NCBI GenBank assembly: GCA_963727625.1
Contig: CAVSHR010000004.1
Coordinates: 1,344,001-1,408,000, forward strand
Source: an uncultured delta proteobacterium
GTDB taxonomy: Bacteria > Desulfobacterota > Binatia > UBA9968
Length of the DNA: 64,000 bases
Direction: 5' to 3'
Below are positions 1 to 9,774 of this stretch, piece by piece (positions within the stretch are counted from its first letter, which is position 1; each line of letters starts with the position of its first letter). The translations under genes were made by a program, and so were the position numbers. The notes under the pieces were generated by a model. That model was not told the origin of the DNA. It made no database searches and saw only the letters and a program-made list of their open reading frames with translations.

Positions 1-1341
1 CTGCCCATGTTGGCGCTTGATCGCGCGTAAAACGTCATACGCGACGGTTGGCGCGGACCTGATCCGCCCCCTGCCCTCGCAGTGCGGGCAGGGACGGAGG
101 AGCTGGTTCTCCAAACTTTCGCGAGTGCGTTGGCGGGTCATTTCGACTAGCCCGAGCTCGGAAATTTTGAGAATGTTGGTGCGCGCCTTATCTTTCTTGA
201 GCGCGTCTTTTAACGCCTCGTAAACCTTCTTGCGGTTGGCTTCTTTTTCCATGTCGATGAAATCAATAATGATGATGCCGCCGACGTTTCTCAGGCGTAA
301 TTGCCGGACAACTTCCTGGGTTGCCTCTAGATTAGTCTTGAAGATGGTGTCTTCTTGGTTGCGCTTGCCGACAAACCGGCCGGTGTTGACGTCTACCGCG
401 GTGAGCGCCTCGGTTCGTTCAATAATGATGTAACCGCCGGAGCGCAACCACACTTTGCGTTCCAGTGCCTTCACCACCCTGTCCTCGATCCCTTGTTGCT
501 CGAAGAGCGGCTCTTTGCCTGTGTACGCGACGATTTTCAATTTAAGCCGCGGCATGAAGTGGCGCACGAAATCGACCACCCGGCGATGATCTTTCGGCGA
601 ATCAATCACCACCTGTTCGGTATCCGTGGAAAAAAAATCGCGAATCGTGCGCGTAATCAGATCGAGATCCTGGTGGATCAGCGACGGCGCCGCGGCGCTT
701 GCGGCCTTTTTCTGAATGCCCTTCCAGAGCCTCGTGAGAAACCCCAAATCCCGTTGGATTTCCCTCTTGCTGCGCCCTTCGCACGCCGTCCGCAAGATAA
801 ATCCGCCATCATTGGTTCCCAGCGACTGGGCAATTTCCTTTAGCCGTTTGCGCTCTTCGTCGCTTTCGATGCGCCGGGAGATACCGATATGCTTGGTGCC
901 CGGCATAAAAACCATATAACGCCCCGGTAACGAAACATGCGAGGTCACTCGCGCGCCTTTGGTTCCAAGCGGATCTTTAGCCACTTGGACGAGAATCTCT
1001 TCGCCGCGGGATAGTTGTTTTTCTAACGGCAGACGGCGCGACGGCCGCGGCTTGGGCGCTTCTGCAAACTCGACCTCCTCCACCGAGTCATTGAGCAGCG
1101 GGACGTCTTCCGGTTCGCTGGAGAAATCGGAGGCATGGAGAAAGCCGGCCTTCTCCATGCCAATATCGATAAAGGCGGCCTGCATGCCCGGCAACACGCG
1201 CGCGACCTTGCCTTTATAAATATTCCCGGCAACACCCATTTCTTCTTTTCGTTCGATCAGAAATTCGGCCAGGAGGCCGTCTTCAATGATCGCAATACGG
1301 TTTTCTTGCGGCGTCGAGTTTATGAAAATCTCTTGTTTCAT
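1..1341 (-). CDS. rng: Ribonuclease E/G family (RNase G-like), 3' end outside the window
   Basis: Manual minus-strand translation from ATG at 1341: MKQEIFINSTPQENRIAIIEDG...GNIYKGKVARVLPGMQAAFIDIG..., later LTAVDVNTGRFVG and GGIIIIDFIDM. Absent from the ORF track because it runs off the window. Confidence 0.92.
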   Translation of the reverse strand, partial: MKQEIFINSTPQENRIAIIEDGLLAEFLIERKEEMGVAGNIYKGKVARVLPGMQAAFIDIGMEKAGFLHASDFSSEPEDVPLLNDSVEEVEFAEAPKPRPSRRLPLEKQLSRGEEILVQVAKDPLGTKGARVTSHVSLPGRYMVFMPGTKHIGISRRIESDEERKRLKEIAQSLGTNDGGFILRTACEGRSKREIQRDLGFLTRLWKGIQKKAASAAAPSLIHQDLDLITRTIRDFFSTDTEQVVIDSPKDHRRVVDFVRHFMPRLKLKIVAYTGKEPLFEQQGIEDRVVKALERKVWLRSGGYIIIERTEALTAVDVNTGRFVGKRNQEDTIFKTNLEATQEVVRQLRLRNVGGIIIIDFIDMEKEANRKKVYEALKDALKKDKARTNILKISELGLVEMTRQRTRESLENQLLRPCPHCEGRGRIRSAPTVAYDVLRAIKRQHGQ

Positions 1342-1583
1342 TAGAATTATTGATTAGGCAAAGACTGCGGGGGAGATCCGTGAGTCGGAATCACCGGAAA
1401 TAAGACGGCGAATTCATTAAATTCGTAACTGAAATTAGTTGTGGTTATAGTGGAATTTATACCCGACTTCAAGCAAACAGCGCGCCGCTCTAAAACCGCG
1501 GAATTGACTTTGACCGTCCCTCCGGATATTTTTATCGGAGTATCGTTGCATCTAGTTCCCATCATGTAGGCATCGAAAACTAT

Positions 1584-2216
1584 ATGATTTATCCGGCCAC
1601 AGCGCCTGCTTACGGTATCCTCAATACTAAAGTCCTGATTCTCAATCGGTCCTATTTGCCGATCCATGTCACGTCGGTACGGCGCGCGTTCGTGCTGCTT
1701 TATCAGGGCATCGCCAAGGCGGTTAACGAGCAGTACCGGACCTTCGATTTTGCCAGCTGGAGCGATCTTTCGATATCGGCCCATGACGAGACCATTGGCT
1801 TGGTAAACCGGGTGATCCGGGTTCCCAGGGTCGTTTTGCTGGTTGGCTATGATCGAGTGCCCAAGCGCCAGGTTCGCTTCAGCCGATACAATATTTACGC
1901 CCGCGATAAATGCACCTGCCAGTATTGCGGCCGGCGCCTGCCACGCCATGAACTCAACCTTGACCATGTTATCCCGCGCTCGCAAAACGGCACCTCGACT
2001 TGGGAAAACGTGGTCTGCTCGTGCCACGAATGCAACCGGCGCAAGGGCGGAAGAACGCCCCAACAGGCCAACATGCCGCTGGTCCGCAAACCATTTAAGC
2101 CGCAGTGGACGCCGTTCATGCAAGAAACCTTCAGCATGTCTCGTTACAAGGAATGGATGCCGTTCCTGAACACGATCGACGTCTCATACTGGAACACCGA
2201 ATTGCTCGAGATGTAG
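1584..2216 (+). CDS. HNH endonuclease (McrA-like HNH family)
   Basis: VLILN N-terminus; RDKCTCQYCG...LNLDHVIPRSQNG...WENVVCSCHECNRRKGGRTP HNH and Zn motifs. Confidence 0.9.
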   Translation: MIYPATAPAYGILNTKVLILNRSYLPIHVTSVRRAFVLLYQGIAKAVNEQYRTFDFASWSDLSISAHDETIGLVNRVIRVPRVVLLVGYDRVPKRQVRFSRYNIYARDKCTCQYCGRRLPRHELNLDHVIPRSQNGTSTWENVVCSCHECNRRKGGRTPQQANMPLVRKPFKPQWTPFMQETFSMSRYKEWMPFLNTIDVSYWNTELLEM

Positions 2217-2318
2217 TTCTGTTCAGCCCATCGAAAGGTGACCTGCTTTTCGCTCATGGGCTGCCGACCCCCTAATCCTACAAAAATCACAGGGCTGCTT
2301 CCGGCGCAGCGCTTACCT

Positions 2319-2364
2319 CCCCATATCTTGCGGTAAATTTCAACATGTCCCCCCGTATATTGTG
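2319..2364. promoter_or_regulatory. Tandem NrdR-box-like motifs upstream of smc
   Basis: CCCCATATCTTGCG (2319-2332) and CCCCGTATATTGTG (2351-2364), 32 bp apart, just before TTGACA at 2373. Confidence 0.5.
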
Positions 2365-2456
2365 ATTATCACTTGACACCCTCAGTCTACTATGGAATAT
2401 TGCAGCTATATTTCGCCGGTTTCAACTGCCAGGAAATTCCCTAGATAGAATTAGCT

Positions 2457-5400
2457 ATGCGTTTAAAACGCCTTGAAATGGTTGGATTTAAGTCATTCGC
2501 CGGAAAGACCGTAGTGGAGCTTAATCCGGGCATCACTGCGGTGGTCGGCCCGAACGGCTGTGGCAAGTCGAATATCGTCGATGCCTTGCGCTGGGCCATG
2601 GGCGAGCAAAGCGCGCGCCATCTACGCGGCCAGCAAATGGAAGACGTGGTTTTTAATGGTAGCGACAGTTTACCGCCCACCGGAATGGCGGAGGTGTCGA
2701 TCATCTTCGACAATGAGGACGGCCGCGGTCCCGCTGAGTACGGCAACTTTAGCGAGATCATGGTGACCCGGCGGCTGTTTCGCTCCGGCGAATCGGAATA
2801 CGCGATCAACAAAGTCATCTGCCGTCTGAAGGACGTGGTCGAGCTATTTTTGGGAACCGGGGTCGGCAGCAAAGCCTATTCGATCGTCGAGCAAGGTAAA
2901 GTCGATGAATTGGTCAATTCCAAACCGGAAGATCGGCGCGGGGTGATTGAAGAAGCCGCCGGCACGAGTAAGTACAAAAGCCGCAAAAGCATCGCTGAGA
3001 AGAAACTGGAGCGCACTCAGCAGAATCTTCTGAGAGTGAGCGACATCGTGCGCGAGATCGAACGGCAGATCCGCACGATGGAGTTGCAGGCGAAAAAGGC
3101 CGAGCGTTACCGCGCCCTCAGAGAGGAGCTCAAAGACAAAGAGCTCGCCAGCGCATTTTTGCAAACCGAAGTCTTTAACGTTGAAATTGCCCGTCAAGAA
3201 AGCCAATTGGCCGGCGTGGAAAATCGGTTAGCCGAGCACCTGGCTTTGATGCACGGAAAAGAAGCGGAAAACGAGTCGGTACGATTGTCCTTGATGGAAG
3301 CCGACAAGGAAATTGGTTTGCTCCAAGAATGCGTCTATCAACGGCGGGGGGCGATTCAAGCCGACGAACAGAAGTGTGAATTTTACCGCAAAGATCTGAC
3401 GCAACTGGCGCAGACCGAAGCCGACACCCGCACCTCGCTAGCGCAGCTCGAAGAGAGAACCAAATCCCTCGCCCAAGAAATCGACGAGCTTAACAAGGCG
3501 AACGAGAGTTTCATTCAGCTCTCGCTCTTTGAAGAATCGTTTCTCCGCGACAAGGAAAGCGAGCTCGAAAATCTTCAGATTCGGCTACGCTCGCTCCAAG
3601 CCGAGCTTGAAGAGGAAAAAGCGGCATTGATCGACGCCGCCAACCAGATTGCCAATCTGAAAAACGAAGCCCTGGCCAAGGAAAAGCGCCATAGCGAAAT
3701 CGACCGAGAGCTGGCGCGCAACCGTGCAGAGCTCGCCCAGGCATCGGCCGAGCTGGCGGCATGCGAAGAGAAGAAGTGCGCCAGCGCCGGGGCGTTGGCA
3801 GGCTGCTCGGACGAGGTGCGTGAGCGCACATTAGAGGTCGCTCAGGTTAACGCGACGATCCAGGGCTTGAGCAAGTGCCGCGCAGAGCAAGAATCGAAAT
3901 TTGCCTCGATCAAGGAGCAAATCCACGAGAGCCGCTCGCGCTTGCGCTCCTTTGAGGAGCTGCAAAAAAACTACGAAGGCTATCAAGAAGGCGTGCGCGC
4001 CATCATGCTCAAGAGACAGCAGGAATCCGAGCCGAACGGGATTTACGGGTTGGTAGCCGAAGTCATCGAAGCGCCGGAGAACTACGAAAAGGCGCTGACT
4101 GCGGTTTTGGGTGATCGCCTGCAATATGTCATCGTCAAAAGCCACCGGGAGGGCCTTGAAGCGATCGATTATTTAAAGACCCAAGCCTCCGGCCGCGGCA
4201 GCTTCATCCCCCTCGAACTATCGCGCAAGCCCCATAAGGAATTACCCCTCGGCGAAGCTGAAGTGATCGCGCCACTGATCAACGTCATTTCCGTCAAAGA
4301 AGGTTTTCGCGATGTCGCGGAATATTTACTTTCCGACGTCGTGGTGGTGCGCGATCTTCAGGCCGGCCTGGCGCTTTGGAACCGCAACGGTTATCACAAC
4401 ACGATGGTCACTTCGGAGGGCGAGGTGATCGACCCGATCGGCATCGTCACCGGTGGCAGCAGCGCGCCCTTGGAAGCGAGCTTTCTCACCCAAAGGCGGC
4501 GCATCCGCGAGCTCAAAGCCATACTTGCCGAGCGCGAGCTGCAGATCGCCCAGGAGCAGCGCAAACAGGAAGAACTCAAACAGCAGCTGGAGCAAGCGGA
4601 AACTCAAAAAGCGGTATTGGCCGCCGAGATCCATCGGCTCGAGCTCGATCGGGTGCGTTTGGATCATGAGAATCGCGCCGCGAGCCAGGAATATGAGCGC
4701 TTGACCCAGACGGTGCAGGCGCTTACTCAGGAACAAAGCGATCTGACAACCACGGTGCAACTTCTCACCGAAGAGATCCAAAGCTGTCGAAGCCAGGCAC
4801 AATCGCGCAGCGATGAGAAGACCACGCGCGAGGCGGCTTTGGCGCGCAAGCAGACGGAGCTCGCTGAGTTAGACCAGTCCGTGGAAGGGGCTGAAAGCGC
4901 GGCGACGCAGTCGCGCATCCGCAACGCGGCCTTGGGCGAAAAGCGCGACAACACCCATTTGAATTTGGCCAATCGCCTCAAACTTCAAGAGGAAACCGCT
5001 CGAGAAATCGCCACGCGCCAGGGACAGATCGCCGATTGCCAGCAGCGCCGCGTCGAGATCGAGCAGGCCTTGGGGCAAACCGAGGACGCCCTTGGGCAAA
5101 ACCGCGTCGAGCTGCAAGAGCTTGAAAAACGGCTCCATACCGACCGCCAGAAATACCGGGAGATCTCTATGCGGGTCGCCGAGATCGGCGAGACGCTCAA
5201 AGAGCTCAGGCCGGTGCTCGAAACTTGCCAGGAGGAAAAGAGCCAGATTCAATTGACCCTCACCGAGCAACGGCTCGGCCTGCAACATTTGGCCACCAAC
5301 TTGCGGGAAAAATACGACACCGACTTGAAAAACTTGACCATAGAATTTCCCGACAATCGGCCGTCGCAAGCCGAGCTGAGAGTTGAGATCGACGATCTGC

Positions 5401-6011
5401 GCGGCCGACTGGAGCGCATGGGCGAAGTAAACTTGGCCGCCATCGGCGAGTACGAAGAGCTCACCGAGCGCTTTCGTTTCATGAGCCGGCAAAAAGAAGA
5501 TCTGGAAAAATCGATCGCCGACTTGCAACAGACCATCGTCAAGCTCAATCGCATTTGCCGGCTGCGCTTCAAGGAAAGTTTCGAAGCCATCAATGAAAAA
5601 TTCGAAGCGATTTTTCCGCGTCTATTCCGCGGCGGCAAAGCTAAATTGGTGCTTACCGACGAGAACGATTATCTCGAAACCGGCGTCGATATCGTAGTCC
5701 AACCACCGGGTAAAAAACTGCAATCGATAACCCTGTTGTCCGGCGGCGAAAAGGCGCTGACCGCGGTCAGTCTTTTGTTCGCGATCTTTTTAACCAAGCC
5801 CAGCCCATTTTGCTTTCTCGACGAAGTGGACGCGCCGCTCGATGACGCCAACGTCGATCGCTTCAATGACATGATCAAGGAGATGAGCGAGCTCTCGCAA
5901 TTTATCCTGGTCACGCACAATAAAAAATCCATGCAGGCCGCCGAGACGCTGTATGGCATCACTATGGCGGAGCCCGGGGTTTCCAAGGTCGTTTCGGTAA
6001 GAATGCAATAG
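2457..6011 (+). CDS. smc: Chromosome segregation protein SMC
   Basis: GFKSF; Walker A GPNGCGKSN; coiled coils and hinge; LSGGEK signature; LDEVDAPLD; 1184 aa. Confidence 0.98.
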   Translation: MRLKRLEMVGFKSFAGKTVVELNPGITAVVGPNGCGKSNIVDALRWAMGEQSARHLRGQQMEDVVFNGSDSLPPTGMAEVSIIFDNEDGRGPAEYGNFSEIMVTRRLFRSGESEYAINKVICRLKDVVELFLGTGVGSKAYSIVEQGKVDELVNSKPEDRRGVIEEAAGTSKYKSRKSIAEKKLERTQQNLLRVSDIVREIERQIRTMELQAKKAERYRALREELKDKELASAFLQTEVFNVEIARQESQLAGVENRLAEHLALMHGKEAENESVRLSLMEADKEIGLLQECVYQRRGAIQADEQKCEFYRKDLTQLAQTEADTRTSLAQLEERTKSLAQEIDELNKANESFIQLSLFEESFLRDKESELENLQIRLRSLQAELEEEKAALIDAANQIANLKNEALAKEKRHSEIDRELARNRAELAQASAELAACEEKKCASAGALAGCSDEVRERTLEVAQVNATIQGLSKCRAEQESKFASIKEQIHESRSRLRSFEELQKNYEGYQEGVRAIMLKRQQESEPNGIYGLVAEVIEAPENYEKALTAVLGDRLQYVIVKSHREGLEAIDYLKTQASGRGSFIPLELSRKPHKELPLGEAEVIAPLINVISVKEGFRDVAEYLLSDVVVVRDLQAGLALWNRNGYHNTMVTSEGEVIDPIGIVTGGSSAPLEASFLTQRRRIRELKAILAERELQIAQEQRKQEELKQQLEQAETQKAVLAAEIHRLELDRVRLDHENRAASQEYERLTQTVQALTQEQSDLTTTVQLLTEEIQSCRSQAQSRSDEKTTREAALARKQTELAELDQSVEGAESAATQSRIRNAALGEKRDNTHLNLANRLKLQEETAREIATRQGQIADCQQRRVEIEQALGQTEDALGQNRVELQELEKRLHTDRQKYREISMRVAEIGETLKELRPVLETCQEEKSQIQLTLTEQRLGLQHLATNLREKYDTDLKNLTIEFPDNRPSQAELRVEIDDLRGRLERMGEVNLAAIGEYEELTERFRFMSRQKEDLEKSIADLQQTIVKLNRICRLRFKESFEAINEKFEAIFPRLFRGGKAKLVLTDENDYLETGVDIVVQPPGKKLQSITLLSGGEKALTAVSLLFAIFLTKPSPFCFLDEVDAPLDDANVDRFNDMIKEMSELSQFILVTHNKKSMQAAETLYGITMAEPGVSKVVSVRMQ

Positions 6012-6074
6012 CCGCGCGGCCAATTTCCAGCCCATCCGGTTGACTCCATCACAACCTTCCAACAGTATGAGTCC

Positions 6075-7001
6075 ATGAACGGTGGATCGTTTTTTCAGCG
6101 CCTCAAACAGGGCCTGAGCAAGAGTCGCGAAAGCCTGGCGGGAAAAATCGGCACGATTTTTCAGAACCGGCGCTGGGATGAAAATTCCCTGGCAGCGATG
6201 GAAGAAAGCTTGATCGCCGCCGACGTGGGCGTAAAGGCGACCCAGAAACTCGTTGATAGCCTGCGGCGTCAATCGCCCAACGGCAGCGATGATTTGGCGC
6301 AAGAAATGAGCGCGCGCCTACAGGCCGCCATGATTCAGATGCTGCAAGAGTCCAAAGGCGTGACTAAACTGCCGCCCTTCTCGGTTCGCCCCTGGGTCGT
6401 CATCTTTCTCGGCGTCAACGGCGTCGGCAAGACCACCACCATCGGTAAGCTCGCCGCGCAATTGCGCGGCGCCGGCAAGAAAGTCTTGCTGGTGGCCGGC
6501 GACACCTTTCGCGCCGCCGCCGTCGAGCAGCTTGATGCCTGGGGCAAGCGCACCGGGGTCGACGTCGTCAAGCATCGCGCCGGCGCCGATCCATCGGCCG
6601 TGGTCTTCGACGGTATGCAAGCGGCTAAAAGCCGCGGCGTCGATGTTCTGTTGATCGACACCGCCGGGCGTCTCCATACCAAGGTTCACTTGATCGAAGA
6701 GCTCAAAAAGATCCGCCGGGTGATCACCCGCGAGCAGCCGGATGCGCCGCACGAGACTCTCCTGGTGCTCGATGCCACCACCGGACAGAACGGTCTGCAG
6801 CAGGCGCGCGCCTTTAAAGAAGCCGCCGACATCAGCGGCATCGTGCTAACCAAACTCGACGGCACCGCCAAAGGCGGCGTCATCATCGGCATCCAAGAGG
6901 AGCTGGGCGTGCCGGTCAAGTACATCGGCATCGGCGAAGATGTCGAAGATCTACAACCCTTCGACGCAGCGAGCTTTGTCCGCGCTCTGTTTGAAAATTG
7001 A
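6075..7001 (+). CDS. ftsY: Signal recognition particle receptor FtsY
   Basis: GVNGVGKTTTIGKLA, DTFRAAA, DTAGR, TKLDGTAKGG; follows smc. Confidence 0.97.
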   Translation: MNGGSFFQRLKQGLSKSRESLAGKIGTIFQNRRWDENSLAAMEESLIAADVGVKATQKLVDSLRRQSPNGSDDLAQEMSARLQAAMIQMLQESKGVTKLPPFSVRPWVVIFLGVNGVGKTTTIGKLAAQLRGAGKKVLLVAGDTFRAAAVEQLDAWGKRTGVDVVKHRAGADPSAVVFDGMQAAKSRGVDVLLIDTAGRLHTKVHLIEELKKIRRVITREQPDAPHETLLVLDATTGQNGLQQARAFKEAADISGIVLTKLDGTAKGGVIIGIQEELGVPVKYIGIGEDVEDLQPFDAASFVRALFEN

Positions 7002-7030
7002 CGGTCGCTTTGGGTGACGGCAACGGGCTC

Positions 7031-7059
7031 TTGACTTGTTTAGGGACGAGCAATAACCT
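7031..7059 (+). promoter_or_regulatory. Putative sigma-70 promoter of the Fe-S carrier gene
   Basis: TTGACT-N17-TAACCT, then RBS GGGAG and ATG at 7076. Confidence 0.45.
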
Positions 7060-7075
7060 TCTTGAGGGAGTAATT

Positions 7076-7426
7076 ATGGAAACCTCGCATACCGACATCG
7101 TCGACTTATCCCTGAGCTCCAGCGCCGCTGAGCAGATCAAGAAGCTTTTGGCCCGCGATTCGCGTGAAGGTTATGGTCTTCGGGTTTCCGTAACCGATGG
7201 AGGTTGTTCCGGTTTTTCTTACAAACTGGATTTTGACGAGCGCCACAAGCCGGATGACCTGGTTCTGGAGCTAAGCGGATTAAAGGTTTTCGTTGATCAC
7301 CGCAGTGCGCCCTATCTGGCCGGCACGGTGATCGACTTTATCCCGGGCATTTACGGCGGCGGCTTTAAATTCAGCAATCCCAACGCTACGGCCACCTGCG
7401 GCTGCGGCACGTCTTTCTCGGCCTAA
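7076..7426 (+). CDS. A-type iron-sulfur cluster carrier (HesB/IscA/ErpA family)
   Basis: GGCSGFSY and C-terminal NPNATATCGCGTSF motifs. Confidence 0.93.
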   Translation: METSHTDIVDLSLSSSAAEQIKKLLARDSREGYGLRVSVTDGGCSGFSYKLDFDERHKPDDLVLELSGLKVFVDHRSAPYLAGTVIDFIPGIYGGGFKFSNPNATATCGCGTSFSA

Positions 7427-7584
7427 GCGCCGGAACCGATCTCAATCGGATAATTAGCGTTTCGTGCCCACAAGGCTAACGAGTTTCCGAGAGACGGCAG
7501 CGGACTGTCCGTGTTTGTTTTGGTCTACTGGTTTGGCGCAGCCGCGGATCTCGTCAACGAGTAACAATATTTCAAGGACGACTT

Positions 7585-8622
7585 TTGAAGGCGGTAAAAA
7601 TCCACGCTCATGGCGGCATCGATCAACTGCGCTACGGCGAAACCGAGGACCCGGAGATCCGAGGGTCCATGGATGTCATCGTCAAGCTCAAGGCCGCCGC
7701 AGTCAACCGTATTGACTTAGCCATCCGCGCCGGCGTTAATGGCGAAAGCCTTTTTTCGCCGCGCATTCTCGGCGCCGACGGCGCGGGCACGGTTGTCACA
7801 GTCGGCGCCGAAGTGAAACACGTCACACCAGGCGATGCAGTTTGCCTTTATCCTCTGATCGGCTGCGGCCAGTGTCGTTACTGCGCCATCGGACGCGAAT
7901 CCAGCTGTGACGCAAGGAAAGTTTTGGGTGAACGCGACGACGGCACCTACGCTGAGTACATCCGAGTGCCTGCAAAAAATTGCTTCGCCGTGCCCGCTGG
8001 ATTATCGTTCGAAGAAGCGGCCGCCCTCCCGCTGGTGTACGTGACCGCTTGGCGCATGTTGATCAGCCACGCCGATGTCAGGCCAGGCGAATGGGTCTTG
8101 ATCATGGGGGCCGGCGGCGGCATCGCGACGGCGGCGCTGCAACTGGCCGCCGCCATCGGCGCGCATATTATCGTGACTTCGAGCAGTGAGGCAAAATTGG
8201 CCCGAGCCATGCAGCTCGGCGCGGCGCATGGCCTCAGCTATCGAGACCCGGAATTTGCCAGAGAAGTACGACGGTTGACCGGCAAGCACGGCGCCGATGT
8301 CGTTGTCGACTGCAGCGGTGGAGAGAACTGGGCCAAATGCCTGGCGGCCCTCGCGCGCGGCGGCAGACTGGTAACTTGCGGAGCTGGCGCCGGAGCGTTG
8401 GCCAAATCTGATCTGCCACGGGTATTCTGGAACCATCTGAAGATTTTCGGGACGAGACCGGGAAATCGCACCGAGTTTTGCCAGCTGCTCAACTTCATGG
8501 AATTTTCTTTTGCAAAACCAGTCATCGACCAAGTGTTTCCCCTCGAAGACGCCAAGTGGGCGCAGCGGCGTATGCAAGATGGTCAACAATTCGGTAAGAT
8601 CGTGCTGCGCATGAACACTTGA
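7585..8622 (+). CDS. Zinc-binding alcohol dehydrogenase / quinone oxidoreductase (MDR family)
   Basis: GADGAG; structural Zn site CGQCRYC..C; GAGGGIA nucleotide-binding motif; FGKIVL end. Confidence 0.88.
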   Translation: MKAVKIHAHGGIDQLRYGETEDPEIRGSMDVIVKLKAAAVNRIDLAIRAGVNGESLFSPRILGADGAGTVVTVGAEVKHVTPGDAVCLYPLIGCGQCRYCAIGRESSCDARKVLGERDDGTYAEYIRVPAKNCFAVPAGLSFEEAAALPLVYVTAWRMLISHADVRPGEWVLIMGAGGGIATAALQLAAAIGAHIIVTSSSEAKLARAMQLGAAHGLSYRDPEFAREVRRLTGKHGADVVVDCSGGENWAKCLAALARGGRLVTCGAGAGALAKSDLPRVFWNHLKIFGTRPGNRTEFCQLLNFMEFSFAKPVIDQVFPLEDAKWAQRRMQDGQQFGKIVLRMNT

Positions 8623-8684
8623 CAGGCCGGCTCATTAAAATAATCACGGAGTTGACAAACCGCTCGTTGAGCGAGGAATAGTCG

Positions 8685-9257
8685 ATGCGAGTCATCGGAG
8701 GAACGGCGAAGGGCCGCCGTCTGCTTGTACCTAAAGGCCGGTCGGTAAGACCGACGGCAGCGAGAGTCAAAGAGTCGCTCTTTAACATCCTGCCGCGAGA
8801 TTTTTCCGGCATGAAAGTCCTTGACCTTTTTTCCGGTACGGGCAATGTGAGCATCGAAGCGTTGAGCCGCGGCGCTGCGAACGCGCTGCTGGTCGACGCT
8901 TCGGCAAGATCTGCCCACACGATGCGCGAAAATCTCTTGCGCCTGGGATTCGGCGAATGCTCGATGGTTTGGGTCGCCCCGGTGGCCCGGGCTCTGCGCG
9001 CCCTGGCAAAACGCGGCGCCACTTTCGACGTGATTTTTCTCGATCCGCCTTACGAGCAAGGGTTGATGGGCTCCTCCCTAAAGCTCATCGCCCAAGGCCA
9101 TTTGCTCAGCGCCTCGGGAATCGTAGTCGGGGAGCATAGCGCGCGGGAAGCGGTCAAATCGAGCTACGACTCGCTTGTACAATATGACCAGCGGCGCTAC
9201 GGAGATACGCGGTTGTCCTTTTTTAAACAGGCGGTGAACGCCAATTCAGCACTCTGA
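8685..9257 (+). CDS. rsmD: 16S rRNA m2G966 methyltransferase RsmD
   Basis: MRVIGG..KGR, RPT..RVKESLFN, LDLFSGTG, FLDPPY; adjacent to coaD. Confidence 0.93.
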   Translation: MRVIGGTAKGRRLLVPKGRSVRPTAARVKESLFNILPRDFSGMKVLDLFSGTGNVSIEALSRGAANALLVDASARSAHTMRENLLRLGFGECSMVWVAPVARALRALAKRGATFDVIFLDPPYEQGLMGSSLKLIAQGHLLSASGIVVGEHSAREAVKSSYDSLVQYDQRRYGDTRLSFFKQAVNANSAL

Positions 9258-9267
9258 GGATCATGCC

Positions 9268-9768
9268 ATGACAAACAACACGGTTGCCATTTACCCCGGG
9301 TCCTTCGATCCGATGACCAACGGGCATGTCGATCTGGTTAAACGCACGTTGAGAGTCTTCGATCAGGTCGTCGTCGCCATCGCCACCAACCCGGATAAGG
9401 ACCATTCCCTCTTTAGCGTCAAAGAGCGCCTGCAGATGATCGACGAAGTCTTCGTCGGCCTTCAAGGGCGAGTCCAAGCCGACTCGTTTCAGGGCTTGCT
9501 GGTTGAATACGCCGAACGAAAAAATTCCAAGGTGATCATCCGCGGCTTGCGCGCGGTCTCCGATTTTGAATACGAATTTCAGATGGCGATGATGAATCAC
9601 CGCCTCAAACCGCAGCTCGAAACCCTATTCATGATGACCGGTGAGTCGGAGTTCTACACCAGCTCGCGGCTGGTCAAAGAAGTGGTCAGCCTAGGCGGCG
9701 ATGTCTCCGGCTTGGTGCCCGATAATGTCTTAAAGAAGCTTAAAGATAAGTTTAAGCGCCGAGGATGA
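9268..9768 (+). CDS. coaD: Phosphopantetheine adenylyltransferase
   Basis: AIYPGSFDPMTNGH, IRGLRAVSDFEYE, SSRLVKEV. Confidence 0.97.
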   Translation: MTNNTVAIYPGSFDPMTNGHVDLVKRTLRVFDQVVVAIATNPDKDHSLFSVKERLQMIDEVFVGLQGRVQADSFQGLLVEYAERKNSKVIIRGLRAVSDFEYEFQMAMMNHRLKPQLETLFMMTGESEFYTSSRLVKEVVSLGGDVSGLVPDNVLKKLKDKFKRRG

Positions 9769-9774
9769 CGTCGG

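Noticed and set aside
1347-2123. 258-aa minus-strand ORF, and the HNH gene as a defence system
   Set aside because: The ORF is antisense to the HNH gene. The HNH is a stand-alone gene in a housekeeping context with no partner genes.
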